Assembly (NCBI GenBank): GCA_021849125.1
Contig: JAJZTG010000002.1
Location: 12,573 to 76,572 of the forward strand
From: a bacterium
Lineage (GTDB): Bacteria; Patescibacteriota; Minisyncoccia; Phycocordibacterales; Phycocordibacteraceae
Direction of reading: 5' to 3'
Length of the DNA stretch: 64,000 nucleotides
Below the pieces are notes generated by a model that had not been told where the DNA came from, did not search any database, and saw only the letters and a program-made list of their open reading frames with translations. The position numbers were made by a program, and so were the translations under genes. Shown here one piece after another: positions 18,100 through 25,759 of this stretch (position 1 is the first letter of the stretch; every line of letters begins with the position of its first letter).

Positions 18100-18282
18100 T
18101 TAGCCGACAATATAGCTCGCGATCGAGCCGAAGAGATAATCGAAGCCGCCCACGAGGACGATGATCGCTGCAGCGATGCCGATAACGACGAGCGTATGCG
18201 CGATAGCCTTACGCGAGGTCGGCCACACGATGTGGGAGAACTCTTCGCGAACGTGCTTCAAATACGTGAAAGGTGAAGTCAT
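18100..18282 (-). CDS. secE: Preprotein translocase subunit SecE
   Basis: YLKHVREEFSHIVWPT plus a single TM; directly upstream of nusG. Confidence 0.92.
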   Translation of the reverse strand: MTSPFTYLKHVREEFSHIVWPTSRKAIAHTLVVIGIAAAIIVLVGGFDYLFGSIASYIVG

Positions 18283-18335
18283 GAGGACGATGATTTCGGT
18301 AAATAAAAAAGCCCTGCGGGCCTTTGACATTTCGA

Positions 18336-18364
18336 AGTATAGTATAGCCCTCTCAAGGCGTCAA
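18336..18364 (-). promoter_or_regulatory. Sigma70-type promoter of secE-nusG-rplK
   Basis: TTGACG-17 nt-TATACT on the minus strand. Confidence 0.75.
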
Positions 18365-18452
18365 CTGTCGGGAGGATAAAAGAGAACCGCACCTTTTGGA
18401 GGGGTGCGGTAGTTTTGGCGATACGGCTATTCAGTTAGCCGCTGGCCGTTGA

Positions 18453-18761
18453 TCACTGCCAGGAGTTGCTGTCGGCGTTGTAAGTCTGGCCACGGAAAGT
18501 CACCGTGGCGCCCTGCTTGGACAGGCCGTATGCTGCAGCGTTGTTGAACTCGGCGGTTTCCATCACGGTGAGCGAATTGCCCGTCGCGATGCTGACGGTG
18601 CCGTTCTTCTCGTCGATGTTCACACCGGGCGACTCGACATCTTTGCCAGTGATCACGTCTTTGCCGTGACAGATGGCGAAGCCCATGGCCTCGGGACTGT
18701 TGCCGGTACTCGCAGCCAGTGCGGCCAGGATCAGGGGGGTGCCTTGCTTCAGCTTGTTCAT
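18453..18761 (-). CDS. Hypothetical protein, 102 aa (stand-alone cassette)
   Basis: GAGGAG SD before MNKLKQ; own promoter at 18849-18877; downstream hairpin near 18385-18411. Confidence 0.65.
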   Translation of the reverse strand: MNKLKQGTPLILAALAASTGNSPEAMGFAICHGKDVITGKDVESPGVNIDEKNGTVSIATGNSLTVMETAEFNNAAAYGLSKQGATVTFRGQTYNADSNSWQ

Positions 18762-18848
18762 GTACGACTCCTCGATATTGGGAACAAAAAGTTCATCGCC
18801 CATCCTTTTCAGGCGGCGATGTGCCATGCGGAACTGCACGACCATCGC

Positions 18849-18877
18849 AATATAGCAGGGGTGGTTTTTAGTGTCAA
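18849..18877 (-). promoter_or_regulatory. Sigma70-type promoter
   Basis: TTGACA-17 nt-TATATT with TG extension. Confidence 0.75.
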
Positions 18878-18885
18878 GAGGATAC

Positions 18886-18922
18886 AAAAACACGCGGGCC
18901 GCAAAGCGGCCCGCGTGTTTTT
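18886..18922. terminator. Bidirectional intrinsic terminator
   Basis: AAAAACACGCGGGCCGC-AAA-GCGGCCCGCGTGTTTTT. Confidence 0.85.
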
Positions 18923-18929
18923 GTCTTTC

Positions 18930-19727
18930 CTATCGGATCTCGTACGTGATCGAGACTGACGCGTGGTACGTATTCTCACCGACCGGGAGATTCGGTGTCG
19001 GAGCTGATGCTTCCATCGCCCCTCCGAATCCCTTTGCGTACATCATCGGAACCGGGTACCCGCCTGACGATTCGCTGAAGTTCACGATCTTGCCCAGGTG
19101 CACACCGAGCTGCTGTGCGAGCACGCTTGCCTGCACCTTCGCTTTCGCGATCGCATCGGCACGAGCCGCATCATAGCCTGCCGTCGAATCATCAAGCGCG
19201 AAATCAGGACCGGACACGTTCTGTACGCCGAACTCTCCAAGGCCTGCGAGAAGTTCACCTGCCTTTGCGAGATCACGCACGGTCACCTGTACGGTTTCCG
19301 ATACCTGGTAGCCGGTAATCTTCGGGGTGCGTTCTGGGCACGAGGAGCCCACACACGGTGCCGGATATGCATACTGCGGATTGATATTGTACGAGAGCGT
19401 CTTTACATCCTTCTCGGCGATGCTTTGCTTCTTCACAAAATCAAGTACCCCGTTTGCCTGCCTGGTGGTCACTGCCTGTGCCTCGGCCACCGAGACGGCC
19501 GTATTCTGGACCGTAAACGTTATGCGTGCGACGTCCGGTGCCATGGTCGCTTGCCCATCGCCGTTTACGGTGATCGTATCGGTCGCTGGCGCGCCGGAAC
19601 GTCCGAAGTCGCGCGCGAGCGTGATCGTCTGAGCAAGAAGGAAAAGCGAAAGGATCGAGAACATGCCGATCAGGGAAAACCTGATGCCGTCAGTAGTGAA
19701 TATCTCGGTGAGCGATTTATTTTCCAT
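18930..19727 (-). CDS. SIMPL/DUF541 domain protein
   Basis: TITVNGDGQATMAPDVA, ARADAIAKAK, VSITYEIR. Confidence 0.9.
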   Translation of the reverse strand: MENKSLTEIFTTDGIRFSLIGMFSILSLFLLAQTITLARDFGRSGAPATDTITVNGDGQATMAPDVARITFTVQNTAVSVAEAQAVTTRQANGVLDFVKKQSIAEKDVKTLSYNINPQYAYPAPCVGSSCPERTPKITGYQVSETVQVTVRDLAKAGELLAGLGEFGVQNVSGPDFALDDSTAGYDAARADAIAKAKVQASVLAQQLGVHLGKIVNFSESSGGYPVPMMYAKGFGGAMEASAPTPNLPVGENTYHASVSITYEIR

Positions 19728-19754
19728 AGTGAAAGGTGTTATTGGTCGTTTCCA

Positions 19755-20402
19755 TTATAACGCCTGCAGCGTCGAAAGCATCTTCTCGAGTGCGGAATGG
19801 GCTGGCAGTTCCGATACCTTCAAGGTCGGGCTGGTCCAGTCAGAAACGGAGCCGTCAATCGCATCGAAACGCAAGACCGTCGAACCCTGTGCGAGGTAGT
19901 AGGCGGTATCTATGACTCCTTCAAAACGCTCAACCGATACGACCGTGAACCGCCGAGTGCCGAACTCGGAAGATGAGAAGGCCGTGATCGCGACAGGGTC
20001 TCCAGAAACGAGATTGGTAGCGGTTTGCTTGATGACATCGAGCGGCGTCGAGGAAGCCTCGACTGTAAATTGTCGGATGGTGATGCGTGCAGGGTTTGTC
20101 GATGCGTCGTCCCCTTCTTTCGCATACGTAACAGCGTCTACGTTTTCTTGAGATGCATCGGCGGTAAATCCTTGAGGGACCGCAAACGAGATGCCGAATT
20201 CCTTAAGCGAAACATTGGGCAACGGACATTCTGCAAACGTGCATGATGATCCGGTACGGCCGACGACGGTTCCGTCCGGGCATACTTTGGCATCAAGCGG
20301 ACAAGCTATTGGCTGCATCGGGTGCTCGACCGCGTTCCGATAGACGAAACCGCCGATGCCGATAAGGATGATGATCGTGATTCCCCAAAACAAGCTTTTC
20401 AT
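19755..20402 (-). CDS. Membrane-anchored hypothetical protein with a 4-Cys motif
   Basis: N-terminal TM then ACPLDAKVCPDGTVVGRTGSSCTFAECP. Confidence 0.7.
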   Translation of the reverse strand: MKSLFWGITIIILIGIGGFVYRNAVEHPMQPIACPLDAKVCPDGTVVGRTGSSCTFAECPLPNVSLKEFGISFAVPQGFTADASQENVDAVTYAKEGDDASTNPARITIRQFTVEASSTPLDVIKQTATNLVSGDPVAITAFSSSEFGTRRFTVVSVERFEGVIDTAYYLAQGSTVLRFDAIDGSVSDWTSPTLKVSELPAHSALEKMLSTLQAL

Positions 20403-20495
20403 GAGCGCGCGAGATTAGTGAGTACTGGTCCTCTCACTATAACAGGAAGGGCTCGGCGCTTCGCGCCGGACCGTTCCTCGTCCGTCTCATTGTTC

Positions 20496-20690
20496 TTTGG
20501 GCGACTACAGGTGACGGTCACAAGTCGCTAACCGTTTTGCTCCAAGCATTCGCAAAACGCTAAGCGCTCTCGACCCCGCCTCGGCCACGCTCGCTTCGCT
20601 CGCGGCTTCGCAGCCTCCGGCTTTCGATTCCCTGTAGTCCGTACAAAAATATACTCGCAAAGCGCTATCGCTCTTTTCTCCTTATTTTTG
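20496..20690 (-). repeat. tRNA-His downstream element (antisense copy plus direct repeat of the tRNA 3' end)
   Basis: 20623-20639 is the exact reverse complement of 20694-20710; 20496-20511 is identical to 20687-20702. Confidence 0.8.
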
Positions 20691-20763
20691 GGCGACTACA
20701 GGGAATCGAACCCTGATTGCGGGTACCACAAACCCGAGTGTTAACCGTTACACCATAGTCGCC
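20689..20763 (-). tRNA. tRNA-His (GTG)
   Basis: Cloverleaf with G-1, acceptor GCGACTA/TAGTCGC, anticodon arm CGGGT-TTGTGGT-ACCCG, T loop TTCGATT. Confidence 0.95.
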
Positions 20764-20851
20764 ATGCTGGCTTGCCTGTTTTTTATACCATATCGCCTGT
20801 TTTTTTCTAATTTCAGGTCGCCAGAGGCGTGCGTGGTACCATGAGGCGCAT

Positions 20852-21562
20852 ATGACGACCCATCTGCACCACGACGAATTCGAGACCCTTATCGAAACCC
20901 TGAATGATGATGCGGCTCTCTCAGCATACAAAGCGCCCTACGATAGTTACCGCCCGAGCCTACTGCCACGCATCCTTGGGGGCTTCTTGGTCTGGTGCGG
21001 CAATCTCGTCTATGGCAAACCTTCATACCTCAAGTTCCGTGCGGTCGAGGTGATCGCTCGTGTCCCCTACCATTCCTGGGCATCGGCCGTATTCACCTTG
21101 CTCACGATGTTTTATGCAGATGAAAATCGCGCGCTCAGGCTTTCTACGCTCTCCCGCTTCGCGCGATTCGCCTCGGACAACGAGACCATGCACGTCGTCG
21201 TGATCTCCGCACTCGCACGCAAGGAGCAACGCTCGGGCGTCATACGCCATACGCTTATCCCGATGCTCTTCGCATTCTTCTACTTCTGGCTCTCTTATCT
21301 CCTCTATCTCGTAAATCCGCGCTGGTCACTCGAGACCAACTACCTCTTCGAGCAGCACGCCTTCGATCAATACTCCCTCTTCCTCAAGGACAACGAGGAG
21401 ACGCTTAAGGCAAAACCGATCGAGAGCGACTTCCTCGCTTGGTACGGCCGGCACCCACGAAGTCAGTACGAATTCTTCCGAAGCGTCCGCAACGATGAGA
21501 TCGTGCACCGCAACCAGTCGATCCACGAGATCGAGGCGCATCGCAAGCACGGCGCGTGCTAA
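20852..21562 (+). CDS. Alternative oxidase / plastid terminal oxidase (PTOX)-like di-iron carboxylate protein
   Basis: EVIARVPY, NETMH, EQHA...Y, DEIVH ligand motifs with two hydrophobic segments. Confidence 0.8.
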   Translation: MTTHLHHDEFETLIETLNDDAALSAYKAPYDSYRPSLLPRILGGFLVWCGNLVYGKPSYLKFRAVEVIARVPYHSWASAVFTLLTMFYADENRALRLSTLSRFARFASDNETMHVVVISALARKEQRSGVIRHTLIPMLFAFFYFWLSYLLYLVNPRWSLETNYLFEQHAFDQYSLFLKDNEETLKAKPIESDFLAWYGRHPRSQYEFFRSVRNDEIVHRNQSIHEIEAHRKHGAC

Positions 21563-22092
21563 TAGCGCGGATTCTCTTCCGTAACGCCAGCCTTATGGTT
21601 GGCGAGGCGCGCGAGCGCGAAGAAAAGCGATGAAAGCCGGTTCATGTACGCCTTTACCTCTGGCGACACCTCGTGCGTCCCCGCTTCGGCAACCGCGATG
21701 AGCCGACGCTCAGCGCGACGTGCGAGCGTACGCGATACGTCGAGAAGCGCGGAAAGCTCGGTCCCGCCCGCGATCGAGAATCCCTTGAGAGGCGGAATCT
21801 CTTTCTCGATACCGTTGGTGAGCTCCTCGAGGCGCTTCACGGAAGTCTCGGTAATCTTCTTGTCAGCGCCAGCGACCTCTGCTTGGATGATGAAAAGCGT
21901 TTCTTGCACCTCGCGGAGGAGATCGACGAAGTACGTATCCTCCCCCGCGCGCACCTTCGTAAAGCCCAGAAAGGCATTAAGCTCATCAAGCGCGCCGAGC
22001 GCTTCGGGCAATTCCGACGACTTCGAGATGCGCTGTTGGTCGCAGCCGAATGCGGTCGTCGTTCCCCCGTCTCCTTTCCCCGTGTAGAGCAT
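21559..22092 (-). CDS. ATP:cob(I)alamin adenosyltransferase, PduO type
   Basis: LYTGKGDGGTT, GALDELNA, RTLARRAER, YMNRLSSLFFALAR. Confidence 0.93.
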   Translation of the reverse strand: MLYTGKGDGGTTTAFGCDQQRISKSSELPEALGALDELNAFLGFTKVRAGEDTYFVDLLREVQETLFIIQAEVAGADKKITETSVKRLEELTNGIEKEIPPLKGFSIAGGTELSALLDVSRTLARRAERRLIAVAEAGTHEVSPEVKAYMNRLSSLFFALARLANHKAGVTEENPRY

Positions 22093-22126
22093 ATACGGCC
22101 AGTATACCGCGCGATTTCGGGAGGGC

Positions 22127-22155
22127 TTGACAGGTTTATTAGTTAGTGCTATTCT
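22127..22155 (+). promoter_or_regulatory. Sigma70-type promoter of small membrane ORF
   Basis: TTGACA-17 nt-TATTCT with TG extension. Confidence 0.75.
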
Positions 22156-22186
22156 AGCCTTAGACCTTACCTTAAGGAGTACCAAT

Positions 22187-22300
22187 ATGTTGCCGGTTGA
22201 ACACCCGTGGGACAGGCCGTCCCCGTTCTTCAATATCAAATGGGGATGGATCATTATCGGCGTTATGGGCTTCATGACATTTGCTGTCATCCTCCTCTAA
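22187..22300 (+). CDS. Small membrane protein, 37 aa (not in ORF track)
   Basis: MLPVEHPWDRPSPFFNIKWGWIIIGVMGFMTFAVILL; AAGGAG SD; own promoter. Confidence 0.7.
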   Translation: MLPVEHPWDRPSPFFNIKWGWIIIGVMGFMTFAVILL

Positions 22301-22340
22301 ACACCCCAACCCAGGTCCGAGCACTGCTCGGACCTTACCA

Positions 22341-22431
22341 TTTTGTGCGCCAGCCTCCGCCTTTCAAGTCCTCTCCTGCGACAAAAACAATAGTCGCCGG
22401 ATGCTACCGCATCCGGCTCCTTTGTTTTTTG
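22341..22431 (-). repeat. tRNA-Leu downstream element (antisense copy plus short direct repeat of the tRNA 3' end)
   Basis: 22363-22380 is the exact reverse complement of 22434-22451; 22341-22350 is identical to 22427-22436. Confidence 0.8.
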
Positions 22432-22516
22432 TGCGCAGGAGAGGACTTGAACCTCCATTCCCTTAACGGGAGCTACCACCTCAAGGTAGTGCGTCTACCA
22501 ATTTCGCCACCTGCGC
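22432..22516 (-). tRNA. tRNA-Leu (GAG)
   Basis: GCGCAGG/CCTGCGC acceptor, CTACC-TTGAGGT-GGTAG anticodon arm, long variable arm. Confidence 0.95.
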
Positions 22517-22539
22517 AGGTGGGCACACTATAGCACAGC

Positions 22540-23079
22540 TTACGCAGCCTGTACCTCCTCGACGGATGCCGCCTCTTCCGCGGTCTCCGGAGCGGCTGCT
22601 TCGATCGGTGCCTCGGCAGCGGCGGCTTCTGCTGCTGCCGCTGCAAGCTCCTCTTCTGTCGGAGCAATCGTCTCATCGCTCTTCATGTGAAGCATGCGCG
22701 CGTTACGGAGCTGGCGGCGGACAGCCTTAGCCGCCTTCTCACGGATGAAGTAGAGCTTCGCGCGGCGGACCTTCGAGCGCTTCACGATCTCGATCGAGTC
22801 GATCATGGGCGTGTAGAGCGGGAAAGTTTTCTCCACGCCGATACCCGAAAGGGTGGTGCGTACGGTGAACGTTGCTCCCGCTTCCGCGCCGTGCTTGGTC
22901 GAGATGACAAGCCCTTCAAAGGCCTGCTTGCGGGTGTTCTTGAGGGTCTTTTCCTTCTTGTCAGCTCCTTTGCCCTTCTTGAGCTCGACGATGTTTTGGA
23001 TGACGCGAACGGTGTCGCCCGCGCGAATACCGAGCTTCGCGCGCCCTTCAGCGTTTACTGGCGTTATAACCTGCTGCAT
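22540..23079 (-). CDS. rplS: 50S ribosomal protein L19 with Ala/Glu-rich tail
   Basis: RAGDTVRV, QAFEGLVI, GVEKTFP, KVRRAKLYFIR. Confidence 0.96.
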   Translation of the reverse strand: MQQVITPVNAEGRAKLGIRAGDTVRVIQNIVELKKGKGADKKEKTLKNTRKQAFEGLVISTKHGAEAGATFTVRTTLSGIGVEKTFPLYTPMIDSIEIVKRSKVRRAKLYFIREKAAKAVRRQLRNARMLHMKSDETIAPTEEELAAAAAEAAAAEAPIEAAAPETAEEAASVEEVQAA

Positions 23080-23122
23080 ACGTTTGCGCACTGTATCACG
23101 CCGGGCGATTAAGAGCAAATAC

Positions 23123-23866
23123 TCACCCTTTCCCGTGGAAATGGCTCTGTGCTGCCACGAAATCCGGCGGCGGCGGCGCTTCGAAGGTCTGTCGCTTGCC
23201 CGAAGGGAGCGTGATCGAGAGCGAGAAAGCGTGGAGCGCCTGACGCGAGAAGCCAAGCAAGCATGGTCGCTCCTTCGCGTAGAGCTTATCGCAGATGACC
23301 GGGTGGTTCAGATGCTTGAAATGCACGCGGATCTGGTGTGTGCGGCCGGTCTTCGGGCGCGCTTCCATGTAGGCGACCTTCTGGTCCGTCTCCGGATCGG
23401 AGCTGCGCGCGAGCACCTGCCACTCGGTCACTGCCGCGCGATGTTTCTTCTCTTCCCCTGCACGCGCGACACCCCAACGTGGCGGTATCGCGCGGATGCG
23501 TACGATCTCCGCTTCGATTACCCCCTTGTCACGTGCCGGGTGCCCGTACACGAACGCCCGATACGTCTTTTCCGTCGTACGATCTTGGAACTGTTCTTTG
23601 AGAAACGCGTGCGCCTGGGGCGTCTTCGCAAGGATCATCACCCCCGAGGTATCCCGATCGAGCCGATGCACGATGCCCGGACGCGGCACCGCTTCCCCTT
23701 GCGGGCTGGTCCATGACTCGCCCACTTCTGCGAGCGCCGGATAGTGCGCAAGCACCCACTCGGCTACCGAGGTTTCTTCCGTACGCCCATCGCTATGCAC
23801 GATGAGCCCGGCGGGCTTATTGATGACGAGGACATCTTCGTCTTCGTAGAGGATAGTCGGCTCCAT
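23123..23866 (-). CDS. RluA/RluD family pseudouridine synthase
   Basis: INKPAGL, HRLDRDTSG, TGRTHQIRVH. Confidence 0.95.
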   Translation of the reverse strand: MEPTILYEDEDVLVINKPAGLIVHSDGRTEETSVAEWVLAHYPALAEVGESWTSPQGEAVPRPGIVHRLDRDTSGVMILAKTPQAHAFLKEQFQDRTTEKTYRAFVYGHPARDKGVIEAEIVRIRAIPPRWGVARAGEEKKHRAAVTEWQVLARSSDPETDQKVAYMEARPKTGRTHQIRVHFKHLNHPVICDKLYAKERPCLLGFSRQALHAFSLSITLPSGKRQTFEAPPPPDFVAAQSHFHGKG

Positions 23867-23887
23867 TATGAAAAGCCTAGCACCTAC

Positions 23888-24574
23888 CTATTTGCCGTGT
23901 CGACGTTCGCGGGCCGCAAATTCTGCCAAGACCGCATCGAACTCCTCCTCGGAAAAATCTGGCCAGAGGGTGTCGAGGAAAAAGAGCTCGCTATAGGTCG
24001 ACTGCCACGGAAGAAAATTCGAGAGACGCTTCTCTCCGCCAGTGCGGATGATGAGATCCGGATCGGGCATGGGGTGCGACCAGAGCTGCGTCGCGAACGT
24101 ATCGTTCGTCACCTCCGACACACCCTTAGCAAGCAGCTTGTTTGCCGCAGCGACGATCTCTTCGCGCCCTCCGTAGGAAACGAGAAGATGAAGTGTGGGT
24201 CCTGCATGATCCTTGGTCGAAGCTTCCCTTTCCCGCATGAGGTTCTGCAGATCTTCGGGGAAACGTGAGGTGTCTCCGACAAAACGGATGCGCGCATCCT
24301 CTTCGGAAAGTTTCTGCATCTCGTTCTTGAGCACGTTGCGGAACAGATTGAGCAGGTACCCGACCTCTTCTTCTGCTCGATTCCAGTTTTCTGTCGAAAA
24401 GGCGTAGGCGACGACGTGCGGGATCCTCGCTCTGCGCGCCCACCCCAAGACCTCACGCAGCTTCTTGTATCCTTCGGCGTGTCCTTCGTATACGGGAAGA
24501 TTGCGCGCGCGTGCCCAACGCCGGTTGCCATCCATGACAAGGCCGAGGCACGGTAGTCCTTGCGAGTCATCCAT
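23888..24574 (-). CDS. uppS: Undecaprenyl diphosphate synthase
   Basis: MDGNRRWA, YAFSTENWNR, PDLIIRTGGEKRLSNFL. Confidence 0.97.
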   Translation of the reverse strand: MDDSQGLPCLGLVMDGNRRWARARNLPVYEGHAEGYKKLREVLGWARRARIPHVVAYAFSTENWNRAEEEVGYLLNLFRNVLKNEMQKLSEEDARIRFVGDTSRFPEDLQNLMREREASTKDHAGPTLHLLVSYGGREEIVAAANKLLAKGVSEVTNDTFATQLWSHPMPDPDLIIRTGGEKRLSNFLPWQSTYSELFFLDTLWPDFSEEEFDAVLAEFAARERRHGK

Positions 24575-24611
24575 ATCTATTCAATAACTGCTGCCATCCT
24601 GTTTGCGTTAC

Positions 24612-24687
24612 TGGTGCGTCCTGAGGGACTCGAACCCCCGACCTTCGCAGTGTAAATGCGTTGCTCTACCAACTGAGCTAAGGACGC
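24612..24687 (-). tRNA. tRNA-Val (TAC)
   Basis: GCGTCCT/AGGACGC acceptor, loop TTTACAC, encoded CCA. Confidence 0.95.
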
Positions 24688-24710
24688 GTACTATCTAGCA
24701 TACCTCCTTG

Positions 24711-24793
24711 TGGGCATGAGAGGATTTGAACCTCCACTCCCTTGCGGGAACTACGACCTGAACGTAGCGCGTCTACCATTTCGCCACATGCCC
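24711..24793 (-). tRNA. tRNA-Leu (CAG)
   Basis: GGGCATG/CATGCCC acceptor, CTACG-TTCAGGT-CGTAG, long variable arm. Confidence 0.95.
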
Positions 24794-24834
24794 GCTGTGT
24801 GGCCATCATACACGAACCTCCCTATTTTGCCTTG

Positions 24835-24906
24835 TGCCCCCAGCAGGAATCGAACCTACATCAACGGCTTAGAAGTCCGCTGCTCTATCCATTGAGCTAT
24901 GGGGGC
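24835..24906 (-). tRNA. tRNA-Arg (TCT)
   Basis: GCCCCCA/TGGGGGC acceptor, anticodon loop CTTCTAA. Confidence 0.93.
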
Positions 24907-24932
24907 CCTTGTAGGATAGCGTATTCGTGGGC

Positions 24933-25235
24933 TTATTGCGACGGGTCGTTGAACTTGTAGGTTCCTGAGACGTACTTTGCTTCTTCTGCCGCCCGCGCCT
25001 CGAAGACGGTACGCACGGAATCGAGCGATGCTTGCGTGAAAGATGGAGGGGTGCTGCTTGCGGCAGCACCGAGCGTGCCGCCGCTCGCAACCGTGTCAAA
25101 AACCCACGCGTTCCAGGTGACGATACCGATGATCGCGATGGTCGCGAGCGTCAGAAGCGCAATCCAATCCCGTGTAGGGTCGGTGAGCGCAAAAGCGCGC
25201 AGCTGATTCAAAAATGAAGTGATGGGATTTTTCAT
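24933..25235 (-). CDS. Small single-TM protein, last gene of the pilM operon (PilP position)
   Basis: Overlapping stop/start with the upstream gene; one TM; ends DPSQ. Confidence 0.65.
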   Translation of the reverse strand: MKNPITSFLNQLRAFALTDPTRDWIALLTLATIAIIGIVTWNAWVFDTVASGGTLGAAASSTPPSFTQASLDSVRTVFEARAAEEAKYVSGTYKFNDPSQ

Positions 25236-25759
25236 GGTTTTTTCGTTGCGGTTGTGGCGAGCGAATCGACGACGAGGTTTACATCGGCATGCCAGGCATC
25301 TTTAGCGTCCTGTCCGATGGTGAGCGAAACTATCGAGATCGAGTAGGGGGCGTACTCTATAGCGCCTACGGTCCGCATGACCGCATCGAACGCACCCTTG
25401 AGCGTAAGCGTAAGCTGGAGCGTCGGATGCGCTTGGGTGCCGCCGGCTGATACGGAACGGACGCTCACTTCAGTATCCTGAGCTGCTCCCTGTGCTTCGA
25501 TCACCTTGATGAACGAAACGACATCGCCCTCCGACACGAAGTACCCTTGCACTTTCTTCTCGTCGTTTGCGACCTGCGCGAGCGATGCACGGGCGGCGGC
25601 AATACGACTCACGGTCTCGACAGTCGTCGTAATCTGGTCCTGCAGGTCAGCGACTTCGCGACTCTTATCCGCCACGGCAACATACCAAAACCCGTAGGCG
25701 ACCCCGAGAAGGAGGGTGAGCGAGAGAACGATAGCAAGATGGCTTAAGGGAGATTTCAT
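25232..25759 (-). CDS. PilO-like type IV pilus alignment protein
   Basis: N-terminal TM, coiled coil, 'LTLKGAFDAVMRTVGAIEYAPY'; third gene of the pilM operon. Confidence 0.65.
   Translation of the reverse strand: MKSPLSHLAIVLSLTLLLGVAYGFWYVAVADKSREVADLQDQITTTVETVSRIAAARASLAQVANDEKKVQGYFVSEGDVVSFIKVIEAQGAAQDTEVSVRSVSAGGTQAHPTLQLTLTLKGAFDAVMRTVGAIEYAPYSISIVSLTIGQDAKDAWHADVNLVVDSLATTATKKP

Noticed and set aside
20623-20639. Extra or split tRNA gene on the plus strand (also 22363-22380)
   Set aside because: Only the T-loop-to-acceptor fragment is present, with no D or anticodon arm; treated as part of the tRNA-linked element.
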